Positions 38,969 through 47,456 of a stretch of 47,719 nucleotides of DNA are shown here, in pieces. The stretch spans positions 1 through 47,719 of the forward strand of contig JALDAF010000001.1 of NCBI GenBank assembly GCA_022729315.1. Direction: 5' to 3'. The stretch is from Candidatus Nanohalalkaliarchaeum halalkaliphilum (GTDB lineage Archaea; Nanohalarchaeota; Nanosalinia; Nanosalinales; Nanohalalkaliarchaeaceae). Under the pieces are notes generated by a model, which was given only the letters and a program-made list of their open reading frames with translations, was not told the DNA's origin and made no database searches. How positions within the stretch are numbered: the stretch's first letter is position 1; every line of letters begins with the position of its first letter. Made by a program: the position numbers and the translations under genes.

Positions 38969-40162
38969 ATGCCATATAAGATCGGGCTTGTGGGAAAGCC
39001 GTCTGTCGGGAAGTCCACGTTCTTCAACGCAGCCACGATGGACGAGATCGATGAGGCGGACTACCCGTTCACCACGATCGACCCGAATGTTGGGGAGGCC
39101 TATGTCCGCGTGGAGTGTGCGGCACCGGATTTTGATGAGGAATGTGATCCGCGGGTCGGATTCTGCATAGACGGGATGCGGTACGTGCCGGTCCAGCTCG
39201 TGGATGTGGCTGGGCTGATACCCGGCGCGCACGAAGGCAAAGGTCTGGGGAACCAGTTCCTCACGGATCTGAACGAGGCGGACGTGCTCATCCATATCGT
39301 GGACTTCTCGGGTACGACCGACATCGAGGGCGAGCCGACCGATGGCCATGATCCGCGGGAGGACATCGATTTCCTGGGGCACGAGCTGGATATGTGGTAC
39401 CTGGAGATACTGGGGAAAGGGATCGAACGGTTCCAGAACAAGCGGCGGCAGCATGAGGTCAGGATCGAGGAGGAGCTGGCCGAGCAGATGAGTGCGTTCC
39501 AGACCAACAAGAACGAGATCAAGAGCACGATCCTGTCACTGGGGATCGGACTGGAGCCGGATGACTGGAGTGAAGAGGACCGCCTGGAACTGGCTCGCAC
39601 CATCCGAAAAGCAACCAAGCCCATGATCATCGCCGCCAACAAGATGGATACGGAACTGGCGCAGGAACACTATGAGACGGTCATGAACGACCCTGACTAC
39701 GAGCACCTGTCCATCGTCCCGTGCAGCGCTCACGCCGAGAAAGCATTGAAACGGGCTGCGGAGCAGGGGGTGGTAGAGTATGCGCCAGGCGAACCCGATT
39801 TCGAGATCACGGGGGATATTTCAGCGGGACAGGAAGACGGCCTTGAACAGATCCGTGCTTTCATGGACGCGTACAGTGGGACAGGCGTTCAGCGTGCATT
39901 GGAAACAGCACTGTTCGACAAACTGGGTGTGATCGCTGTCTTCCCGGGCGGTGCCGAAGGACTGGGGGACAAGCACGGTAACATTTTGCCCGACTGTTTC
40001 CTGCTCCCGGGCCAGGCTACAGCCGAGGACTTTGCGTACCATATCCATACCGATATCGGTGAAGGATTTTTGCACGCTATCGATGTCCGCGAGCAACGAC
40101 AGATCGGTGCGGATCATGAACTGGCACACCGTGATGTTGTTGAGATCGTGTCCTCAAACTGA
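38969..40162 (+). CDS. ychF: Redox-regulated ATPase YchF (OBG family)
   Basis: GKPSVGKS, YPFTT, DVAG and NKMD motifs; C-terminal TGS domain. Confidence 0.93.
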   Translation: MPYKIGLVGKPSVGKSTFFNAATMDEIDEADYPFTTIDPNVGEAYVRVECAAPDFDEECDPRVGFCIDGMRYVPVQLVDVAGLIPGAHEGKGLGNQFLTDLNEADVLIHIVDFSGTTDIEGEPTDGHDPREDIDFLGHELDMWYLEILGKGIERFQNKRRQHEVRIEEELAEQMSAFQTNKNEIKSTILSLGIGLEPDDWSEEDRLELARTIRKATKPMIIAANKMDTELAQEHYETVMNDPDYEHLSIVPCSAHAEKALKRAAEQGVVEYAPGEPDFEITGDISAGQEDGLEQIRAFMDAYSGTGVQRALETALFDKLGVIAVFPGGAEGLGDKHGNILPDCFLLPGQATAEDFAYHIHTDIGEGFLHAIDVREQRQIGADHELAHRDVVEIVSSN

Positions 40163-40173
40163 ATACGTGGCGG

Positions 40174-40848
40174 TTAATCCTGCCGGTACTTCTTGTATAG
40201 ACGTTCGCCGAGCAATGCTGCACCAACGGATGCGATAACCGTTCCTGCAGATTTCACGTATGGATCAGAAAGTAGGGTTTTCGTCTCTTCCCAGTACTGT
40301 TCCGCGGCTTCCCTGTCGGCGTCGGTCATGTTGACAAGCATATCTGCCTTGAGCCTACCGTTTTCCACGGGAACGGATTGTTCATCGACCGGGGGTTCAG
40401 TTACATGGACCTCTTTTTCCATGGATGGTAACTGCGTGGGATGCGGTCCGAACAGTTCCAGTGTCTGGTCGTACGCCTCCTCCTGTAACTCCTCGAATTC
40501 CCTGTAACGCGTTTTCAGCGTATCGATGCTGTTACGAAGCTGTTCCTGTTCGTCAACACTGCCAGGCATATGTTCGTACTCCCAGTCAAGATCCGGGTGT
40601 TGCATATTGGAAAGTTTCTTTTCCATATCAAGGAGCGAAAGGAAACTTTCGTACGCTGACTCCTGCACATCCGGAAGAACGTCGTACAGGGTAACTATCT
40701 CATCTGCGATCTCTTCTACTTCCGCTTCAGCACCATCCACAGAATCAAAATACTCGTAGTTGTCAAGCTGGTCCCGGTACGCCTTGACCTGCGTCCCCCA
40801 CACCCCGATCCTGTCACGATGATACTCGTGAAACGCATCAACATCCAT
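40174..40848 (-). CDS. Helical protein with C-terminal hydrophobic anchor (paralog 1)
   Basis: Acidic coiled-coil; tail KSAGTVIASVGAALLGERLYKKY. Confidence 0.7.
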   Translation of the reverse strand: MDVDAFHEYHRDRIGVWGTQVKAYRDQLDNYEYFDSVDGAEAEVEEIADEIVTLYDVLPDVQESAYESFLSLLDMEKKLSNMQHPDLDWEYEHMPGSVDEQEQLRNSIDTLKTRYREFEELQEEAYDQTLELFGPHPTQLPSMEKEVHVTEPPVDEQSVPVENGRLKADMLVNMTDADREAAEQYWEETKTLLSDPYVKSAGTVIASVGAALLGERLYKKYRQD

Positions 40849-40946
40849 ACTATGTAAACAACATTGTAAAAACGGTTTAAAACAGTGTCCCTTCAAGGGA
40901 AAATAAGAAAACATATGTTAAATAAACGGTTTTTGAACGGAGGAAG

Positions 40947-41477
40947 TCATTCATCTTTCAGGTACTCGCGGAGTACGGTGGCTCCGATGCCGAAAAACCC
41001 TGCTGCGCCGAGTTTCGTGTTCACATCCATCTGCCTGAGTCTGTCAAGGTAGGAGCCGGTCGTGGCAGTTTCCAGATGCTGGTTGATCGACGTATCAAAC
41101 TCGTTGTCTGCTCGTTCAGCAAGCTCGGTCTGCCGATCCTCAAGTGCAGCGTACTGATCATCCAGGTTTTCGATCCGGCTGTACGCTCGTTCCTGGAGCC
41201 CGGTGCTTCCTGGAAGTTCAGGGATGTTAGACAGTTCATCTTCCAGCAACAGCTCAAGTCCGGATTTAAGATGGTATACGTCCTCGTTCAGACCTGAGGC
41301 CTCACTGTACTGTTCTGCGAGCCGTGGTGCCCGATCCGTTATCTCCTGCTGCACCGTTTCCGCATCGTATGTACCGGAAACATTTTCGGACATCCATGAC
41401 TCCATAGCGGCGATTTCATGCTCCCATTCATCAAGAGCGTCACTGTACGACCGAACAATGTCTCGATACTCCCCCAT
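40947..41477 (-). CDS. Helical protein with C-terminal hydrophobic anchor (paralog 2)
   Basis: Acidic coiled-coil; tail KLGAAGFFGIGATVLREYLK. Confidence 0.7.
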   Translation of the reverse strand: MGEYRDIVRSYSDALDEWEHEIAAMESWMSENVSGTYDAETVQQEITDRAPRLAEQYSEASGLNEDVYHLKSGLELLLEDELSNIPELPGSTGLQERAYSRIENLDDQYAALEDRQTELAERADNEFDTSINQHLETATTGSYLDRLRQMDVNTKLGAAGFFGIGATVLREYLKDE

Positions 41478-41673
41478 TGCACTACATTATTGTATCCAGA
41501 ATTTTTAAACAGTAGTTCCCACGGCTTAATAAACGTTCAATGCATGGGGGTATGTGCGTGGGGGTACACTGTTCTAGCAGTGCGCCGGGAGCGGTTGCTT
41601 GATCGAGGTTGATCATTCAACCTCGTGAAGTCGGCCTGTCTCTGTGGAGATGGGCAGTCGACATGGAGTCGAG

Positions 41674-42558
41674 TTATTCGACTTCATGGAGGCCGATCTC
41701 TTCAACCAGTTCCTTGTACCGGTTTCGGATGGTGACCTCTGTAACACCGACCGTGTCCGCTACTTCTCTCTGCGTCCGCTTTTCTCCTTCAAGAACGGCT
41801 GCGATGTACAGTGATGCTGCGGCAACACCGGTCGGGCCTTTACCGGACAGCAGGTCCTGTTCCTTGGCCTGTTCGATGATGCGGCGTGCACGTGCCTGGA
41901 CTTCTCCGGATAGTCCCAGGTCGCCAGCGAACCGTGGGATGTAGTCCTGTGGCTTGGCAGGCCGGATCTTAAGGTCCAGTTCGCGTGCCACGTACCGATA
42001 TGCCCGTCCGATCTCGCGTTTTTCGATGCCGGAGGCATCGGAGATCTCGTCGAGTGTTCGTGGTGTCCCCTGTTTCCGTGCCACCGTGTAGATGAGAGCG
42101 GTGATGACGGATTCCATGCTGCGTCCCCGTACCAGTCCCTTGTCCACTGCTTTCTCGTACAGCCGGGCGACCTCTTCATGGACGCTGCGCGGCAGGTTGA
42201 GCTGGGACACAAGCCGGTTCAGTTCTGACAGGGCGAATCCAAGGTTCCGGTCCTTGCTCTTGGTGAGGCGGTTGTGCCATTTGCGGATGCGGTAGTACTG
42301 CGCCCGCTTGTTCCCGGCTACCTTGTACAGTTCGCCGGAGCCTTTCCCGATCTTGGTCGACAGGCCCATATCGTGCTTCGTATAGGTTATCGGGGAGCCG
42401 GCACGCGCTTTCTTCTCACGTTGCTCCGCGTTGAATGCCCGCCATTCTGGGGAGTCGTCGATCATGTTTTCGTCAAGAACGATACCACATTTTTTGCAGA
42501 TAAGTTCTCCTTTCCCCTCCTTCGAAAAGTCTGTTGAGCCGCAATCAGGACAGGTCAT
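41674..42558 (-). CDS. tfb: Transcription initiation factor TFB (copy 2; true start may be upstream)
   Basis: CPDC...CKKC zinc ribbon, EWRAF, two cyclin repeats and VTEVTIRNRY. Confidence 0.96.
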   Translation of the reverse strand: MTCPDCGSTDFSKEGKGELICKKCGIVLDENMIDDSPEWRAFNAEQREKKARAGSPITYTKHDMGLSTKIGKGSGELYKVAGNKRAQYYRIRKWHNRLTKSKDRNLGFALSELNRLVSQLNLPRSVHEEVARLYEKAVDKGLVRGRSMESVITALIYTVARKQGTPRTLDEISDASGIEKREIGRAYRYVARELDLKIRPAKPQDYIPRFAGDLGLSGEVQARARRIIEQAKEQDLLSGKGPTGVAAASLYIAAVLEGEKRTQREVADTVGVTEVTIRNRYKELVEEIGLHEVE

Positions 42559-42653
42559 GACGTTTTTGTCCTGTTCGTCTGTTTCAGAAGAATCTGTTGT
42601 AACATCTGTGCCCTGTTCCGCATTTTTCTGCGTAATAGCTAAAACCCCGTTAT

Positions 42654-42738
42654 AGGGAGCCGATTTCCCCTTGTTACGGCCGGGACTCCCTTGTTATCAC
42701 CGGCCGTTAGGTAAACCTGTAGTCCGACCTTTTTATAT
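42654..42738 (-). promoter_or_regulatory. TATA box and structured 5' leader of tfb copy 2
   Basis: ATATAAAA at 42738-42731; 8-bp stem ACGGCCGG/CCGGCCGT; loop complementary to downstream GGCTCCCT. Confidence 0.65.
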
Positions 42739-42796
42739 TTCACATACATTTCCGGGGTGATAAACGTAACGAGACGTGGTGGAGACGTGGCCGAAT

Positions 42797-43810
42797 TCAG
42801 TCCTCATCGGAACTGGAACTTGCTCCCTCGATCATGCCCAGTTCTTTCACGAACTCGTTGTACCGGTTCCGGATAGTGACCTCGGTCACGCCCACGGTCT
42901 CTGCGACCTCTTTCTGTGAGATCTTTTCGCCCTCCAGGGCTGCTGAAAGGTACAATGCAGCTGCCGCGATACCGGTCGGACCTTTTCCGGATAGCAGGTC
43001 TTCTTCACGGGCATCCTGGATGATGCGGCGTGCACGTGCCTGAGTCTCACCGGAGACACGGAGCTCCCCTGCGAACTTTGGCAGGTAGTGTTCTGGTCGG
43101 GAGGGGAGGATGCGCAGATCCAGTTCACGTGCCACGTACCGGTACGCTTTCCCGATCTCCCGTTTCTCGCTACCGGATGCGTCCGCGATCTCGTCGAGGG
43201 TCCGTGGTGTCCCCTGGTTCCGGGACACGATGTAGATCAGGGCAGCGATGATGTGTTCGATACGGCGTCCCTTGACAAGTCCCTTATCAACTGACTTCTC
43301 GTAGAGCCGGGCGACCTCTTCGTGCACGGCGTTCGGTAGTCCGAGAGAAGATACAAGCCGCTTCAGTTCTGACAGGGCGAATCCAAGGTTCCGGTCCTTG
43401 CTCTGGGTGGACCGCTTATGCCATTTCCGCAGCCGGTAGTACTGGCCACGTTTCTTGTTCGATACCTTGTAGAGTTCACTGGACCCGCTCCCGATCTGGG
43501 TTGAGATACCCATGTCCTGCTTCGTGTAGGTGATCGGTGCACCTGCACGCGCCTTTTTATCCCGTTCCTCGGCAGAGAATGCCCGCCATTCCTGTGACTC
43601 GTCGATCATGCTTTCCTCGATGACCAGTCCACAGGTGTTGCAAACCAGTTCGCCGCGACCCTCGTTCGAGGAGAAATCGGTTGAATCACATTCCGGGCAG
43701 GCGAATCGTTCCTGCGGTTCAGAAGAATCCTGGGACTCCGTCTGTTCGGGCGCTTCGTCGCCCGCTGGTTCCTGGTCGTCAGGGACAACCGTTGCGGTAT
43801 CGTCGGACAT
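42797..43810 (-). CDS. tfb: Transcription initiation factor TFB (copy 1)
   Basis: GGAGGTGA SD, acidic N-terminal tail, CPEC...CNTC, EWRAF and VTEVTIRNRY. Confidence 0.96.
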   Translation of the reverse strand: MSDDTATVVPDDQEPAGDEAPEQTESQDSSEPQERFACPECDSTDFSSNEGRGELVCNTCGLVIEESMIDESQEWRAFSAEERDKKARAGAPITYTKQDMGISTQIGSGSSELYKVSNKKRGQYYRLRKWHKRSTQSKDRNLGFALSELKRLVSSLGLPNAVHEEVARLYEKSVDKGLVKGRRIEHIIAALIYIVSRNQGTPRTLDEIADASGSEKREIGKAYRYVARELDLRILPSRPEHYLPKFAGELRVSGETQARARRIIQDAREEDLLSGKGPTGIAAAALYLSAALEGEKISQKEVAETVGVTEVTIRNRYNEFVKELGMIEGASSSSDED

Positions 43811-43978
43811 CAGCGAGTCACCTCCTGTGTATATAAAGAGTAGGTTCGGGCCGTAGCGGAATTCCAGGACGTGATACACCCTGTTCCGCTATTTAAATCT
43901 ATTCCCCAAACTTTTTTATAATCGTGTCGTTTTTCACGGTGAGGTTGGGCTGGTATCGTGTCTTGGTTGCGGCTCATC

Positions 43979-44605
43979 TTAATCACGGGTGAGGTAGTCG
44001 GTTTCATCGTCTTCTGTAAGCGGTTGGAATGATCGGTAGTGGTGTCCTGTTGAAATGAATGTTTCCGGTGTTGAGATTGCAATGATGTCGATCTGTGTTG
44101 CATCGCTGAGTTGATTGTACAGTGTCTGCGGGATAATGGGTGTCGCAACGAGTGTGGTTGCATCCTGGTCCTGGAGTTGCTGGAGTGCCGTGTGCACTTC
44201 CGTGATCGTTTCGATACCATCATCGACGAGGACAACTGTCTTCCCATGCATGTCGGGGAGTTCGCCGTATGTTTGCTGTCGTGTTTCAGCATTATCCTGT
44301 TCTACCGCAATACCGTCCTCGACGTATCGCGTATCGATGGATAGTTCGGAGATAAGTTCCTCATCGAGCCAGTACGTACCGGTGCTGGTGACGCCCCCGA
44401 TCATCAGTTCTGGATTGAATGGGGCATCGATGGATTCCACGACAAGACAGTGCAGATCGGCGTCAAACCGATCGGCGACCTGTCTGCCGACCACTACGCC
44501 GCCACCAGGAAACGCTACCACGGCATCAACAGTATCGTGGGAGCGTTGGATACGGTCAGCAAGCTTATCTCCTGCATCCGTCCTGTCCTCAAACTTCAGG
44601 TCCAT
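43979..44605 (-). CDS. Phosphoribosyltransferase family protein
   Basis: FEDRTDAG...GGVVVG...PFNPEL...VVLVDDGIET. Confidence 0.85.
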   Translation of the reverse strand: MDLKFEDRTDAGDKLADRIQRSHDTVDAVVAFPGGGVVVGRQVADRFDADLHCLVVESIDAPFNPELMIGGVTSTGTYWLDEELISELSIDTRYVEDGIAVEQDNAETRQQTYGELPDMHGKTVVLVDDGIETITEVHTALQQLQDQDATTLVATPIIPQTLYNQLSDATQIDIIAISTPETFISTGHHYRSFQPLTEDDETDYLTRD

Positions 44606-44756
44606 CTTACACTCTTTTCCAGCGATCCCTGATAAATAACCAATATTTACTGATGCGGTGTCGGTGATGGAACTAATACGATTCGCCCACATTGTTTTCG
44701 TTATCATTATGTAGTAACAAAAATATATAAAGGGGGGTGGTGGTTATGGCGCAGGT

Positions 44757-45035
44757 GTGGTTTGTGGTAGCTGTTCCGGGTGCGGCCGGAGCGTGAAACG
44801 TCAGCGCATTTATGAGTATGTGGTGGGCGGCGGTGGTTACGTGATAGATCATGGGAGCACTTACTCGCATTGGACGGACACTCTCCCGCTACGGGAGGAA
44901 TCTGAAGCTGCTTATCCGCGTGGCTGTTACACTGGTTACCGTGATTCAGATGATCAGGACGTTACGGAAGCAATGGCGAGAGGGTTCCGGACAGCAAAAA
45001 CGAAGATAAAGAAAAAAAAAGAAGGCCCGGGGTAG
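44757..45035 (+). CDS. Possible small or degenerate zinc-ribbon protein
   Basis: CSGCG at the N-terminus and TATATAAA upstream, but the second Cys pair is incomplete. Confidence 0.3.
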   Translation: MVCGSCSGCGRSVKRQRIYEYVVGGGGYVIDHGSTYSHWTDTLPLREESEAAYPRGCYTGYRDSDDQDVTEAMARGFRTAKTKIKKKKEGPG

Positions 45036-45066
45036 GCCCGGACCGTCGGATGGGTACAACACCACT

Positions 45067-46098
45067 TTACGTACAGAAGTGGGTTGTTGCGTAAACCTGT
45101 CCGGATGATGTGATCTCGATCCCCACGCCGGCAGTGTTGTACGCAGATCGAAGGATGGCCCGTCGATGGCCGTCCGAGTTCATCCACTGTCGCGTCAATC
45201 CGTCGGCCAGGCTTTTTGCGTCATCGTAGTAGACGCTTCCGCCACTTCCGGTTCGAACGGAACGTTCAAACCAGGTTCGTGCAAGGTTCTCCCCGCCACG
45301 CATACAGCTGACGCCGTACCGGTTGAAGAGGTCACGGAATCCTTCGCCGCTCGGTGATGTGTGGGCGAAGTAGTTCCGTTGTGCCATGTCCTGACTCTTT
45401 GTGCGGGCAGTCGTCTGAAGCCCATCGGAATGGCTCAACGTGCCGAGGCCGCGCTGCTGTCGTTCCTGGTTCAGGTTCTCCAGAACGTACTGTTCAGCTT
45501 GCTCTTCAAGACTTCCTGAGGGTGTTGTCACTGGTTCTGTGCTTCCGATACTGTCTCCACCCGTATCACTGTCGCTTCCAGAATCCTCGTGTACTGTGTC
45601 ACTACCGCTGCTGTCGCCACTGGAGTCGTCCGAACTGCTGTCGGACCCGCTGTCTAGAGGCGATGAGGAATCTCCCCATACCCATGACGTGGAACTGTCT
45701 GATCCACTGGAATCGCTGCCTGATCCGCTGTCAAGGGGTGATGCGGAGTCTCCCCATACCCATGACGTTGAACGGTCTGTGCTGTCGTCACTGGCGTCGC
45801 TGGAATCGTCCGGGTTACTGTCGCCCGGTGCAGAGGAGGATCCTCCCCATACCCACGACGTACTGTCATCATTGACGACCTGATCTGACTGGCTGATGTC
45901 CGTTGTTTCTCTGTCCCCTGTACGGTCGTCCGCAGCGCTGTCTGAGCCTGAATCTGGTCCGAACTTGGCATCAAATGTCTCCTGCATGTCGTTCTTCATG
46001 TCATCAGGACTCCAGGCAGCAGCTGCTGTTGTGGTGAATAAAACCAAGAAAATCGAAACAAGTAGTGCTCCCTTCCAAACCCGTTTGTCGAATGACAT
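45067..46098 (-). CDS. Secreted CAP/SCP domain protein with Ser/Asp-rich repeat linker
   Basis: Signal peptide ending AAAA; three STSWVWG repeats; SQDMAQRNYFAH, GENL and WMNSDGHR. Confidence 0.88.
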   Translation of the reverse strand: MSFDKRVWKGALLVSIFLVLFTTTAAAAWSPDDMKNDMQETFDAKFGPDSGSDSAADDRTGDRETTDISQSDQVVNDDSTSWVWGGSSSAPGDSNPDDSSDASDDSTDRSTSWVWGDSASPLDSGSGSDSSGSDSSTSWVWGDSSSPLDSGSDSSSDDSSGDSSGSDTVHEDSGSDSDTGGDSIGSTEPVTTPSGSLEEQAEQYVLENLNQERQQRGLGTLSHSDGLQTTARTKSQDMAQRNYFAHTSPSGEGFRDLFNRYGVSCMRGGENLARTWFERSVRTGSGGSVYYDDAKSLADGLTRQWMNSDGHRRAILRSAYNTAGVGIEITSSGQVYATTHFCT

Positions 46099-46365
46099 AG
46101 GTTGGTTCCATCTAACCACCAAACCTTTATATGTACTACGATACATACTTTGTGAAACATATTCTATCGGACATATTTACCGGAGGTGGTTCCCAACACC
46201 GGAAAATATGGTATCATTAGCGGATTCTGTTTGGCAGGGGTATAACAGGGATGGATCGAAACGTGGAAAATATCGATGGAGAACAGGTCTGTAAGGACTA
46301 TCGGCAAGTGAAAAACCGTTGAATCTGTCGCTGGTTTAAAAGCATACTCCAGAAAGAGGTCCAGC

Positions 46366-47211
46366 ATGCATACGTGGCGAACCATCCCGGCTAACAGACT
46401 GATCACCGGGACCATACTCCTGGCGTTGATCGTGGGCCTGGCTGTTCCCGCAATGGGACAGGTGGTTCAGGATCGGGAACACGACATCCATCAGTCAGGA
46501 TCTGACGCATCAAGTATATCAGTGACCAGCACGGACGAAGCCGTGCACGCTGATCGTCAGGTCACCAGCGGTCCGGGCGATACTACACATGATAATACAG
46601 GGGAAGCAGCACACAATTCCGAACAGGATGCTGAGCTTACCACACTGGTATCCCAGCTTATATCTATCCTGGAAGGAGACGGAGACAGCAATCACGGGTC
46701 ATCTCACGAAACATCCTCTGATAGTTCGAACAGTGCTGTTGTGAATAACCCGGATAATAGCGGGGATCACGTTGTTCACGACCACAGCCACGACCAGATC
46801 CATGGCAGTCACGAGGACAACCCGGCCAATGATCCTGGACACAACTCTAGTCACGATCCTCAACAGACCCATAATACCCATAACTCCCACAACCCGCATG
46901 CGGGCGCCGGGTTTCTGATCCCGCCCGTCCCTCCAGCATATGAAGCCGAAGGTATCGATCATCCGATCATGTACGATGACCGGGGAAGACACCAGGATCC
47001 GCGGTTCCATGACCGACCCGACCTGTATGCACCGCCGGAGTCTCCAACCGAACGACGCAGCATCCTCGGCGGATTGATCCGGTTAGAACATCCGCACGAC
47101 GGGGACCGGTACCGGGAAGACTGTCCACGTCACCGACACACGCATGGACCGGGATGGCATCACGGAGACTGGCATAACGTCCGCCACATACATATGCACG
47201 GCCACTGCTGA
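46366..47211 (+). CDS. Secreted His-rich low-complexity protein
   Basis: Signal peptide ending PAMG; H/D/S/N-rich; ends HRHTHGPGWHHGDWHNVRHIHMHGHC. Confidence 0.75.
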   Translation: MHTWRTIPANRLITGTILLALIVGLAVPAMGQVVQDREHDIHQSGSDASSISVTSTDEAVHADRQVTSGPGDTTHDNTGEAAHNSEQDAELTTLVSQLISILEGDGDSNHGSSHETSSDSSNSAVVNNPDNSGDHVVHDHSHDQIHGSHEDNPANDPGHNSSHDPQQTHNTHNSHNPHAGAGFLIPPVPPAYEAEGIDHPIMYDDRGRHQDPRFHDRPDLYAPPESPTERRSILGGLIRLEHPHDGDRYREDCPRHRHTHGPGWHHGDWHNVRHIHMHGHC

Positions 47212-47456
47212 ATCAACCCTCCGTACAACGCAGCATGATTGCGTTCAAACCGTTTTGGGGGCGGTGAAAGTGATTTCTATTCTACCGTTCCATGCACACT
47301 ATACTGACCATACCTCAGGAGAATGTACTCTTGTCAGAACCGCTGACCGTGGGGGAGTATCCAGTACATTTCGGACGTGAAACTTCTTGTTACCCCCGAT
47401 TTTTGTAGTAAGAGAGCGGCTTTTTAAAAGAATAGGTGGATGGGCCACATACACCT

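Noticed and set aside
42639..42749. 36-aa upstream ORF (MYVKYKK...) frameshifting into tfb at GGGAAAT
   Set aside because: Its start lies upstream of the likely TATA box, and the pseudoknot overlaps rather than follows the slippery site.
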